From contig NZ_CP066018.1 in the NCBI RefSeq assembly GCF_016127575.1, positions 480,001-512,000 on the forward strand: 32,000 nucleotides of DNA, written 5' to 3'. Under the pieces are notes generated by a model. It saw only the letters and a program-made list of their open reading frames with translations, searched no databases and was not told the DNA's origin. Positions 9,798-18,968 of this stretch are shown here, piece by piece; positions within the stretch are counted from its first letter, which is position 1; each line of letters starts with the position of its first letter. Both the position numbers and the translations under genes were made by a program. Source of the DNA: Cupriavidus necator. GTDB taxonomy: Bacteria > Pseudomonadota > Gammaproteobacteria > Burkholderiales > Burkholderiaceae.

Positions 9798-9821
9798 CCG
9801 GCCACCTTCCCGGCCACCTTT
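9798..9821. repeat. tandem 12-bp direct repeat in the EamA/MarR divergent intergenic region
   Basis: CCGGCCACCTTC (9798-9809) is directly followed by CCGGCCACCTTT (9810-9821). Confidence 0.6.
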
Positions 9822-9874
9822 CCTGCCCCCTTCCTCGGTATACTCTGGGTCACCTTACCCACTGCACCAGGTTC

Positions 9875-10351
9875 GTGCCCCAGCCCTCCGACCCGCCTTC
9901 CGGCAAGACCGCCGCAGACTACGACTTCACCGAGCAGGTGGGCCACCTGCTGCGGCGCGCCTACCAGCGCCATGTGGCGATCTTCCAGCAGACCATCCCG
10001 GATTCGCAGCTGACTGCGGCGCAGTTCGTGGTGCTGTGCGCGGTCAGGGACCGCCAGCCGTGTTCGATGAACGAGGTGGTGCGCGCCACCGCCATCGACC
10101 AGGCCACCGTGCGGGGCATCATCGACCGGCTGAAGTCGCGTGAGCTGATTGCGGTGTCGCACGATCCCAATGACCGGCGCAAGGTGGTGGTGACGGTCAC
10201 GCCCGACGGGCTGGCACTGATCGATGAGACCGTGCCGTTTGCGAAGGAAATCTCGGAGCAGACCTTCGGCAGCCTGAATCCGGCCGAGCGTGTGGCGGTG
10301 ACTTACCTGCTGCGCAAGATGAGTGAGATCGACGAGGGGAACGGCGTCTAG
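9875..10351 (+). CDS. MarR-family transcriptional regulator (candidate NicR-like, or an EamA-linked regulator)
   Basis: Winged-helix MarR core LTAAQFVVLCAVRDRQPCSMNEVVRATAIDQATVRGIIDRLKSRELIAVSHDPNDRRKVVVTVTPDG. A GTG at 9875 is the most plausible start. The tracked ORF start at 9578 would run through the EamA gene start. Confidence 0.78.
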   Translation: MPQPSDPPSGKTAADYDFTEQVGHLLRRAYQRHVAIFQQTIPDSQLTAAQFVVLCAVRDRQPCSMNEVVRATAIDQATVRGIIDRLKSRELIAVSHDPNDRRKVVVTVTPDGLALIDETVPFAKEISEQTFGSLNPAERVAVTYLLRKMSEIDEGNGV

Positions 10352-10369
10352 GGTCCACGGACGCCGAGG

Positions 10370-10409
10370 GTTTTCTCCCCTCTCCCGCTTGCGGGAGAGG
10401 GGAGAAAAC
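10370..10409. repeat. perfect 19-bp inverted repeat (REP-like hairpin, probable bidirectional terminator)
   Basis: GTTTTCTCCCCTCTCCCGC (10370-10388), TT, GCGGGAGAGGGGAGAAAAC (10391-10409). It lies between the convergent MarR gene and the Mo-subunit gene and ends 2 nt from the latter's stop codon. Confidence 0.7.
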
Positions 10410-10411
10410 TG

Positions 10412-12691
10412 TCAGCTATTCATCGCCGCTAGCGCCGCCAGCACCGTCTCGGGCACGAACGGCGGCCGGCGCAGCCGCACCCCCAGCGCATCGAACAAGG
10501 CGTTGGCAAGCGCCGGCGCGCCCGGCAGCGAGGCCGATTCGCCCGCGCCCAGCGGCGGCTCCGACTGGCGCGGCATCAGCACCACTTCAATCGGCGGGAT
10601 TTCCGGGAAGGTCAGCAGCGGATAGCTGCCCCATTCGCGGCTGGCGACCCCATCCGCATCGAAGCGCACCTGCTCCTTCAGCACCCGGCTGAGGGTCTGC
10701 ACCACGTTGCCGTGGATCTGGTGGCGCACGCCGTCGGGATTGACCATCATGCCGGTATCCTGCCCGACCACCACCTTCTCAATGGTGATGCGGCCGCTGC
10801 CGGCATCCACCGCCAGGTCCACCACCCAGGCCGACCAGGCTGCGCCGAAGCCCGGGAAACGGCTGTGGATATAGCGGGCATAGGCCACGCCCCGGCCGCG
10901 CAGCCGGCCTTCGGCATCCGCGATGCCCCGCGATCCGGCCACGCCCCGCTGCCAGCCAGCCGCTTCAGCCACGGCACGCAGCAAGGCCGCGGCACGTACA
11001 TCCGGCAGGTGCCGCAACCGGAAATCCACGGGATCGGCACCCGCCTCTGCCGCCAGCTCATCGATCACGCACTCATGCGCAAACGCATTGGGCAGCGCCG
11101 ACACGCCACGCAGCCAGGACGCGCGCACGATCGCGGGGGTGTCGTCGCAACCTATGCGGCGCGCGCCATACGCGTATGGCGGCACGGCGGTGCGATCGCC
11201 CATCTCCAGCGTGCGCGGCGCGTTGGGCACGGCACCGGTCAGCACCAGCGCCAGCGTGGGCGCATCGTTGGACGGATAGCGGCTGGTGAAGTCATAGCCA
11301 AGCAGCGCGCCGTCCGGCCCCAGCGTGGCGCTGACGTCCATCAGCTGGGCCGCGCCCTTGGGCTCCCACAGGTGTTCCTGTTCGCGCGATAGCTGCACGC
11401 GCACGGGCCGCCCGACCGCGCGCGACAGCAGTGCCGCGTCGGCGCAGACATCGTCGGCGCAGTTGCGCCCGTAGCAGCCGGCGGCCTCCATGCGCACGAC
11501 CTCGATACGGTCTTCGCCGAGCCCGCACAGCCTCGCCAGGTCGATGCGCAGCACATGCGGGTTCTGCGTGCCGGACCACACCGTCAGGCCATCGTCATGC
11601 CAGTCGGCCACGGCGCATGACGGGCCGATCGAGCCATGCATCTGGTACGGCCAGACAAAGCGCCGCTGCAAGACCGTGCCGGCGCCGCTTGCCGGCGGCT
11701 CCCCGTCGGACAGCAACTCGCGCCGCGTGGCCGGATTGGCGCGCAGCGCGGGCTCCGGATCGTCCAGCGCGGGCAGCGGCGGCACCGGCTTCCAGCGCAC
11801 GCGCAGCCGGCGCGCGGCCTGGACCGCGTATTCCTCGCGCTCGGCCACCAAGCCGACAAAGTCGCCCTGCACCACCACATCGACCAGGCCGGGCACGTCG
11901 CGCACGGAGTCGCGGTCGACTTCCAGCAGGCTGTTGCCGACAAAGTCGCCGCTGTCGCGCCCCGCATACGGCGGTCGCACCACGCGGCCATGCAGCATGC
12001 CGGGCACGCGCACGTCGTGGACAAAGGTCAGCGCGCCGCGCACCTTGCCGGGAATATCGACGCGGCCCGCGGCGCGGCCGACGATGCGGTAGGACTCGAC
12101 CGGCTTGGTCGGTATGTCTTCGGCCAGCGGCAGTTCCAGGTGCTCGCCGGCAAGCAGCGCGCCATAGCCGATGCTGGCCTGCGTGCCGGGATCGCGGAAC
12201 ACGCCGTCTTCTGCCTCCAGCCCGCCGGCCTCCACGCCGAGCCGCTGCGCGGCACGCGCCCGCAGCCACGCACGCGCCTGTGCCGCGGCGCGGCGCAACG
12301 GCAGCGCCGAAATCTGGATCGATGCGCTGGCGATAGTGGGACCCTGGTTGGGGGTGGCTTCGGTATGGCCAAGCACCATGCGTACGCGTTCGAGCGGCAC
12401 GTCGAGTTCTTCCGCCACGATCTGCGCCAGGGCCGTGCGGATGCCGGTGCCGAGGTCGACGTGGCCATTGAAGGCCAGCACCTCGCCGCTGTCGCGCACG
12501 GCAATGAAGATGTCCGGCAGCGCCGGCACGTAGTCCGAAGCCGCGCCGGGCTGGCCAGGCGCGGGCCGCGGCGCCGCCTGCGGGGCGCGCGTCACCAGCA
12601 GCACGCCGGTGGCCTGCAGCAGCGCCAGCCGCAGCGTGCGCGGCGTTTCGGCGTCGGCCTGTGCCGAGGATTGCAGGTTGGTTGCCGTCAT
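10412..12691 (-). CDS. xanthine dehydrogenase-family molybdopterin-binding subunit, IorB type (stand-alone, full length)
   Basis: 759 aa. The N-terminal IorB-type block is VDLGTGIRTALAQIVAEELDVPLERVRM. It has a hammerhead-like region, an AAGCYGRN loop, VGQDTGMMVNPDGVRHQIHGNVVQ, and a C-terminal PPLGAGESASLPGAPALANA that includes the catalytic-Glu GAGE motif (10538-10549). SD sequence GAAGGAG is upstream of the ATG at 12691. Confidence 0.9.
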   Translation of the reverse strand: MTATNLQSSAQADAETPRTLRLALLQATGVLLVTRAPQAAPRPAPGQPGAASDYVPALPDIFIAVRDSGEVLAFNGHVDLGTGIRTALAQIVAEELDVPLERVRMVLGHTEATPNQGPTIASASIQISALPLRRAAAQARAWLRARAAQRLGVEAGGLEAEDGVFRDPGTQASIGYGALLAGEHLELPLAEDIPTKPVESYRIVGRAAGRVDIPGKVRGALTFVHDVRVPGMLHGRVVRPPYAGRDSGDFVGNSLLEVDRDSVRDVPGLVDVVVQGDFVGLVAEREEYAVQAARRLRVRWKPVPPLPALDDPEPALRANPATRRELLSDGEPPASGAGTVLQRRFVWPYQMHGSIGPSCAVADWHDDGLTVWSGTQNPHVLRIDLARLCGLGEDRIEVVRMEAAGCYGRNCADDVCADAALLSRAVGRPVRVQLSREQEHLWEPKGAAQLMDVSATLGPDGALLGYDFTSRYPSNDAPTLALVLTGAVPNAPRTLEMGDRTAVPPYAYGARRIGCDDTPAIVRASWLRGVSALPNAFAHECVIDELAAEAGADPVDFRLRHLPDVRAAALLRAVAEAAGWQRGVAGSRGIADAEGRLRGRGVAYARYIHSRFPGFGAAWSAWVVDLAVDAGSGRITIEKVVVGQDTGMMVNPDGVRHQIHGNVVQTLSRVLKEQVRFDADGVASREWGSYPLLTFPEIPPIEVVLMPRQSEPPLGAGESASLPGAPALANALFDALGVRLRRPPFVPETVLAALAAMNS

Positions 12692-12716
12692 CGTTCTGCC
12701 ATCTCCTTCACCGGCT

Positions 12717-12730
12717 GCGCCCCGGGGCGC
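12717..12730. promoter_or_regulatory. 14-bp perfect GC palindrome in the divergent Mo-subunit/TetR promoter region (candidate operator)
   Basis: GCGCCCCGGGGCGC is centred in the 83-bp intergenic region. A TATACT -10-like box follows at 12735-12740 on the plus strand. Confidence 0.3.
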
Positions 12731-12774
12731 CCGTTATACTGCAAGCCAACAGTGGAATAGCCCAAGCATCGACC

Positions 12775-13530
12775 ATGACGATCACGACCGCGCCCAAGCC
12801 AACCGCAAAGCGGGCGCCAGCCGGCACGCGGGCCAGACAAGCGCAGGACAGCCGCGACCGCATCCTGAAGGCTGCGATCAAGGTCTTCGCCCAGCGCGGC
12901 TACGACGGGGGCCGCATCGAACGCATCTCGTCGCTGGCCAAGACCTACGACCGGATGATCTATTACTACTTCGGCAGCAAGGAAAAGCTGTTTGTCGAAG
13001 TACTGGAGACCATCTACCTGCAGCTCAATGAAGCCGAGCAGCAGCTGGAACATGAGCTCGACGCCGCCGACCCCGTGCGCGCGCTGTCGCAGCTGATCGA
13101 CTTCGTCTGGCAGTACTACCTCGACCATCCGGAGTTCGTCGCCATCCTGACCAGCGAGAACATGAGCCAGGGCAAGCACGCGAAGAAGTCGGTGCGGCTG
13201 CGCGAGATCTCCAGCTACGCGCTGTCGGTGCTCGACGGCATCCTCGCGCGCGGCAAAGCCGCGGGGCTGTTCCGGCCCGACGCGGGCGCGCGCGATGTCT
13301 ATATGGTGATCGCTTCGCTTGGCTACTTCTACAACTCCAACCATCATACGCTCAGCGCCTTCCTGGGCGAACCCATGATGAGCCCGCCCGCGCTGGCGCA
13401 CTGGCGCGATGTGATCCAGCAGACGGTGCTGCGCGCCGTGGCCGTGCCCGGCGCGGTGCCGGATGCGGATGTGGCGCCGCCGGCCGCGCCGCGCAAGCCG
13501 GCCCGCGGCCGGCGCGCGGCGGCAGGCTGA
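12775..13530 (+). CDS. TetR/AcrR-family transcriptional regulator (candidate NicS-like)
   Basis: TetR N-terminal HTH: RDRILKAAIKVFAQRGYDGGRIERISSLAKTYDRMIYYYFGSKEKLF. The ATG at 12775 is the first Met before the HTH. The gene is divergent from the Mo-subunit gene and convergent with nicF. Confidence 0.88.
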   Translation: MTITTAPKPTAKRAPAGTRARQAQDSRDRILKAAIKVFAQRGYDGGRIERISSLAKTYDRMIYYYFGSKEKLFVEVLETIYLQLNEAEQQLEHELDAADPVRALSQLIDFVWQYYLDHPEFVAILTSENMSQGKHAKKSVRLREISSYALSVLDGILARGKAAGLFRPDAGARDVYMVIASLGYFYNSNHHTLSAFLGEPMMSPPALAHWRDVIQQTVLRAVAVPGAVPDADVAPPAAPRKPARGRRAAAG

Positions 13531-13557
13531 CGCCAGGCCCGGCCGCGTCGCCACGCC

Positions 13558-14193
13558 TCAGGCGGCGGCGCGCACGCCGGCAACCCGCGCCAGTGCCTCG
13601 TCGCGCGTCAGCACGGTGGCGTATTTCTGCGCCATGTCGAACAGGTTGGCGTCATGCGGACCCAGCGCGCGGTCGCCCACGCAATCCGACACCACCAGCG
13701 GGCGGAAGCCCAGCGACATCGCGTCAACCACGCTGGCGCGCACGCAGCCGCTGGTGACGCAACCCGCCACCAGCAGCGTCTGCACGCCACGCTGCGTCAG
13801 CCAGGCCGCCAGCGAGGTGCCGAAGAACGCCGACGGCACCGTCTTGCGCACCACCAGTTCGCCCGGCGCCGGCGCCAGCTCCGGCACGATCTTGCTGTTG
13901 TGGCCATCCTCCTTCAGCGTCAGCATGCCCGGCACCTTCAGCGTGAAGATGTTGTGGTCGCTGTCGTCGTCGGCGAACACGATGCGGCTGTGCGCCACCG
14001 GCCAGCCCTGCTCGCGCGCGGTGCGCAGCAGCGGCTGGGTATTGCGGATCGCCTCGGGGATATTGCCGCCGCCAAACACCGCCGGGTCGGCGAAGCCGTT
14101 GACGAAGTCGATGATCAGCAGGCCGTATGGGGCCTTCAGTGGAATCGACGCGCCGAAGCCCTGACGCTGGTAAGTCTGCACGGCGTCATCCAT
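13558..14193 (-). CDS. nicF: maleamate amidohydrolase (isochorismatase family)
   Basis: Isochorismatase-like D-K-C catalytic pattern (LLIIDFVNGF; RKTVPSAF; VAGCVTSGCVRAS). It is the last gene of the nicEDXF run. Its start overlaps the nicX stop (ATGGATGA). Confidence 0.87.
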   Translation of the reverse strand: MDDAVQTYQRQGFGASIPLKAPYGLLIIDFVNGFADPAVFGGGNIPEAIRNTQPLLRTAREQGWPVAHSRIVFADDDSDHNIFTLKVPGMLTLKEDGHNSKIVPELAPAPGELVVRKTVPSAFFGTSLAAWLTQRGVQTLLVAGCVTSGCVRASVVDAMSLGFRPLVVSDCVGDRALGPHDANLFDMAQKYATVLTRDEALARVAGVRAAA

Positions 14194-15265
14194 GGAGCGC
14201 GTCCTTGTAGAGAGAAGCGGCCGGCGCGTGGTGGCCGTCCATCACCTTGCCGCGCACCACCACGGGCTCGCCATCCAGGCTGACGGTGCAGTGGCGCACC
14301 GGGATATCGATATGGCAGGCCGTGGTGCGGCTGCCGCCGGCTTCGTTGTTGGGACCGAACGAGCACAGGAAGTTGCCCTCGTAGGCACGCGCATCCATGC
14401 CGATGGTGGCCTCGCGGTCGTACATCGCCAGCGCCGACCAGCTGGCGCGCGGCTGCAGGCCCCAGCCGATATGCGACATGGCATAGGCCTCGGGGTCGTT
14501 GAACGAGGCCATGTAATCGGCCAGCAGTTCGGCGTCCACGCCTCCCTCGATGCGGCGCACATAGCCGGCTTCGACCGTGATGCGGATCGGCGCCTGGATG
14601 TAAGACTTCATCGGCAGCAGGATGTCGCCACGGTCCAGCACGATGGTGCCGTTGGTGCCGCCCTCGTCCGGCCAGGTCAGCACGAAGCCGCTCGGCCAGT
14701 GGTCCCAGCGGCCGGGCTCGTCGACAAAGCCGTACTCGCTGATCGCCGGGAATTCGCCCAGGCGGCAGCGCAGGTCCATGCCGGCGTCGGACACGATATG
14801 CATCTCGCGCGCCTTGCCCAGCCGCGCGGTCGCGGCCTTGACGCGGGCACGGTCGGCCTCGGTCGGCACCAGCCGTGCCAGCACTTCGGGCGGTTCCACC
14901 GCCAGCAGGATCCTGGTGCCTTGCGCCAGGATCTCGTGCTGCTCGGGCGAGAACAGCAGCGTCATCAGGTCCAGCACCAGGTCGCTCGCCTTGAGCGCAG
15001 CGATGGCGGCGGGATTGCCGGTGAGCGGCGTGGTACCGAGGTAGGCCAGCGCGTCGCGGCTGAGCGCCTTTTCGCCGTTGACAGGCGGCAGGTCGAGCCG
15101 GTTGACGATGGCGCCCATCGATGCCGCCGCCACCATCGCGGTGCGCAGCGTCTGCGGATGCGTGGCGGCGCCGGTCAGCACGGTGACGGTCTGTCCCGGC
15201 TCAAGCTTCGACAGCGTCAGCACCTGCTTCCACGCCGCGGTCAGGTCGTAATCGCTTACGGGCAT
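14186..15265 (-). CDS. nicX: 2,5-dihydroxypyridine 5,6-dioxygenase
   Basis: A 359-aa aminopeptidase-T-fold protein (…MSHIGWGLQPRASW…EGNFLCSFGPNNEAGGSRTTACHIDIP…) matching the NicX family. It sits between nicD and nicF. Confidence 0.88.
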   Translation of the reverse strand: MPVSDYDLTAAWKQVLTLSKLEPGQTVTVLTGAATHPQTLRTAMVAAASMGAIVNRLDLPPVNGEKALSRDALAYLGTTPLTGNPAAIAALKASDLVLDLMTLLFSPEQHEILAQGTRILLAVEPPEVLARLVPTEADRARVKAATARLGKAREMHIVSDAGMDLRCRLGEFPAISEYGFVDEPGRWDHWPSGFVLTWPDEGGTNGTIVLDRGDILLPMKSYIQAPIRITVEAGYVRRIEGGVDAELLADYMASFNDPEAYAMSHIGWGLQPRASWSALAMYDREATIGMDARAYEGNFLCSFGPNNEAGGSRTTACHIDIPVRHCTVSLDGEPVVVRGKVMDGHHAPAASLYKDALHG

Positions 15266-15278
15266 GTTCGCTCCTTGA

Positions 15279-16109
15279 TCAGTTCAGCGCCGCACCCAGG
15301 AAGTCGCCGAAGGCGCGGTAGAAGCCGGCCTCGTCGTCCCACGGGATCATGTGGCCGGCGTTGGCGACATGCGCAAGCAGCAGCGCGGGCAGCAGCTTGC
15401 GCATCTCCTGCACGTCTTCCTCGCGGATCACGTCGCCGCGGCCGGCGGTCATCAGCAGAGCCGGCACGGCAACGTGCGGCAGGTCGGTGTGGATATCGTC
15501 CTCATGGAAGCCATTGAAGCTGGCCAGGATCGCGCGCTCGTCGCAGGTATGCAGCCATTGCGCGCGCAGGCGCAGCTGGTCCTCGGTCCAGGTCGGGCAG
15601 AAGCGGCGCATGCCTTCCACGTCGATGCCCTGCTGCGCCAGCCGGATCGAATCGATGTACCACGGCAGTTGCGACGGATACGGGCGGCGGCCCGGACCCG
15701 ACACCGGCGGATCGACCAGCACCAGGCGCGTCAGGCCTGCCGGCTTGCTGCGCGCGGCGCGGATGCCGATGCGCGCGCCCATCGAATGGCCGACGATGGC
15801 GTAGCGCTGCAAGCCAAGCGCTTTGGCAAACGCGATCACATCGGCAGCCTGCGCATCGAGGCTGTAGTCCAGCTCAGCGCCGGCCTGCGACAGGCCGCGG
15901 CCACGCACGTCGGGCACATAGGTATCGAACTGCCGCCCGAACTGCTCGCCGACAAAGCCCCAGGTCACTGCCGGGCTGGTGATGCCCGGCACGATGATGA
16001 CGGCATCGCGCTGCGCGCGCGCGCCGCCCTGCCCACCATAGCGCAGGTAGTGCTGGCGGATGCCGTTGGCGTTCACGTTGGCGCCGTAGAGAAAGGTGCT
16101 GTCTGCCAT
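15279..16109 (-). CDS. nicD: N-formylmaleamate deformylase (alpha/beta hydrolase)
   Basis: Nucleophile elbow GHSMGA. MADSTFLYGANVNANGIRQHYLRYGG at the N-terminus. The start at 16109 is preceded by GAAGGGGG. The longer tracked ORF start (16283) would overlap nicE. Confidence 0.85.
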   Translation of the reverse strand: MADSTFLYGANVNANGIRQHYLRYGGQGGARAQRDAVIIVPGITSPAVTWGFVGEQFGRQFDTYVPDVRGRGLSQAGAELDYSLDAQAADVIAFAKALGLQRYAIVGHSMGARIGIRAARSKPAGLTRLVLVDPPVSGPGRRPYPSQLPWYIDSIRLAQQGIDVEGMRRFCPTWTEDQLRLRAQWLHTCDERAILASFNGFHEDDIHTDLPHVAVPALLMTAGRGDVIREEDVQEMRKLLPALLLAHVANAGHMIPWDDEAGFYRAFGDFLGAALN

Positions 16110-16120
16110 GGCCGCCCCCT

Positions 16121-16888
16121 TCAGTACGCGCCCGACAGCAGCGCGCCGGCGCCCGGCACCACCGGCTCCAGCCCGAGCCGCTTCAGCAGCGCATAGGTGG
16201 TGGCGACGGCGGCGGTAACCACCGGCTTGCCGGTCATTGCCTCGACCTTGGCCACGGCCGGCAGCGACGGCATCTGCACGCACGCCGACAGCACGATGAC
16301 ATCGGCGTCGGCCGTATTCATCTGCGCGACGATCTCCGGCAGCCGCGCCGGGTCATGGCGGCCCACCTCAAGGTTGTCGGGGATTTCCAGCGCGCGGTAG
16401 TCGACCACCTCATAGCCTTCATTGCGGATGTAGTCGACCACCAGCTCGGTCAGCGGCTTCATATAGGGTGCCACCACGGCGATGCGCTTCGCGCCCATCA
16501 CCTTGAGCGCATCCACCAGCGCGCCGGCGCTGGTGATCACCGGCGCGTCGCCGCCGTTCTCGGCGGTATGCGCCTGCAGGCGCTGCTCGGACACGCGGTG
16601 GTAGCCGTGGCCCATGGCCATGATGGCCACCAGGCAGGCGTAGCCGAGCACGTCGACGCGGGCGTCGCTCAGTTCCACCGCGCAGCGGTCGGATTCGGCG
16701 TCCATGGCCGCCAGCTCTTCCTTGACCACCTTCTTCATCCGCATCCGGCTTGAGTGGAAGGTGAAGCGTTCCGGGCGCACCAGCTGGCGCGCGGCCAGCA
16801 TCGCCGGGATCTCGGTTTCCATGGTGGTGTTGGAGCTCGGCACGATCTGGCCGATTCGGAAAACTTTCTGCACTGTCGACTCCGTCAT
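16121..16888 (-). CDS. nicE: maleate cis-trans isomerase (Asp/Glu racemase superfamily)
   Basis: 255 aa: RIGQIVPSSNTTMETEIPAML..., YACLVAIMA, VIVLSACVQMPSL (two catalytic Cys regions). It is the first gene of the minus-strand nic operon. Confidence 0.9.
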   Translation of the reverse strand: MTESTVQKVFRIGQIVPSSNTTMETEIPAMLAARQLVRPERFTFHSSRMRMKKVVKEELAAMDAESDRCAVELSDARVDVLGYACLVAIMAMGHGYHRVSEQRLQAHTAENGGDAPVITSAGALVDALKVMGAKRIAVVAPYMKPLTELVVDYIRNEGYEVVDYRALEIPDNLEVGRHDPARLPEIVAQMNTADADVIVLSACVQMPSLPAVAKVEAMTGKPVVTAAVATTYALLKRLGLEPVVPGAGALLSGAY

Positions 16889-16945
16889 CTGTTTGTCTGT
16901 CTACCCTGCCTGCTTCGCCCTGGCGGGCTCTGCATGCTGCGATTT

Positions 16946-16974
16946 ATTGTAGTGTACACACTTTATCTAGGCAA
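16946..16974 (-). promoter_or_regulatory. predicted sigma70-type promoter for nicEDXF
   Basis: The minus strand reads TTGCCT (16974-16969), a 17-nt spacer, then TACAAT (16951-16946). The spacer contains the 12-mer AGTGTGTACACT. Confidence 0.4.
16951..16962. promoter_or_regulatory. candidate operator, copy 1 (AGTGTACACACT)
   Basis: A 12-mer with a GTGTACAC palindromic core, 63 nt upstream of the nicE start. Its exact reverse complement recurs at 17141-17152. Confidence 0.5.
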
Positions 16975-17123
16975 ACAGAATCTGCGCCGCCACGAATTCA
17001 CTCGTTCAGTGCATACTTAACTAATCAATCCCTGTTTTTGCGCGTAAATTCACCGATACAGCGCGATGTGCGGCGTCTTCACGTTTTCAGTAAGGGTTTT
17101 CCATAGGTTCATCAATTTCTTCT

Positions 17124-18383
<1,260 letters not shown>

Positions 18384-18437
18384 CGCCTGACCAACCCTGT
18401 TCGCCGCAGCCCCTCATCGAAGGGGCGCGGCGCAGCG

Positions 18438-18968
18438 ATGCGTGATGTTCAAACCGCCCCCAGCCCCCCGATGAACACGCCCCGCCCCCTGACGCTGCAA
18501 GTCAATCACGCCGAGCATACGCTGAGCGTGGCCCCTGACACGCCGCTGCTCTACATCCTGCGCAACGACCTGTGCTGCAACGGGCCCAAGTACGGCTGCG
18601 GCCTGGGCCAGTGCGGCGCCTGCACGGTGCTGGTGGACGGCATGCCGGCGCGCGCCTGCGTGCTGCCGGTCAGGGCCGTGGTCGGGCACGCCGTCACCAC
18701 GCTGGAAGGACTGGGCACCGATGCGCAGCCCGACCCGGTGCAGCAAGCGTTTATCGACGAGCAGGCCGCGCAATGCGGCTATTGCCTGAATGGCATGATC
18801 ATGACCGCCAAGGCGCTGCTCGCGCAGAATCCCGATCCCGATGAGGCCCAGATCCGCGAGGCGCTGCGCTTCAACCTGTGCCGCTGCGGCACCCATGTGG
18901 AAATCGTGCGCGCGGTGCAACGTGCCGCGATGCTGCAACGGCAGACGGCCGGGGGGTCGGCATCGTGA
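18438..18968 (+). CDS. nicA: nicotinate hydroxylase small subunit, two [2Fe-2S] clusters
   Basis: CGLGQCGACTVLVDG, CGYCLNGMIM and NLCRCGTH cluster motifs. The ATG at 18438 has GAAGGGG upstream. An alternative ATG at 18471 lacks an SD sequence. Confidence 0.88.
   Translation: MRDVQTAPSPPMNTPRPLTLQVNHAEHTLSVAPDTPLLYILRNDLCCNGPKYGCGLGQCGACTVLVDGMPARACVLPVRAVVGHAVTTLEGLGTDAQPDPVQQAFIDEQAAQCGYCLNGMIMTAKALLAQNPDPDEAQIREALRFNLCRCGTHVEIVRAVQRAAMLQRQTAGGSAS

Noticed and set aside
9578-9874. The long N-terminal extension of the MarR ORF as listed in the ORF track
   Set aside because: The extension would run antisense through the EamA start and its promoter region. It is Arg/Gly/Pro-rich. The MarR fold begins well after the GTG at 9875.
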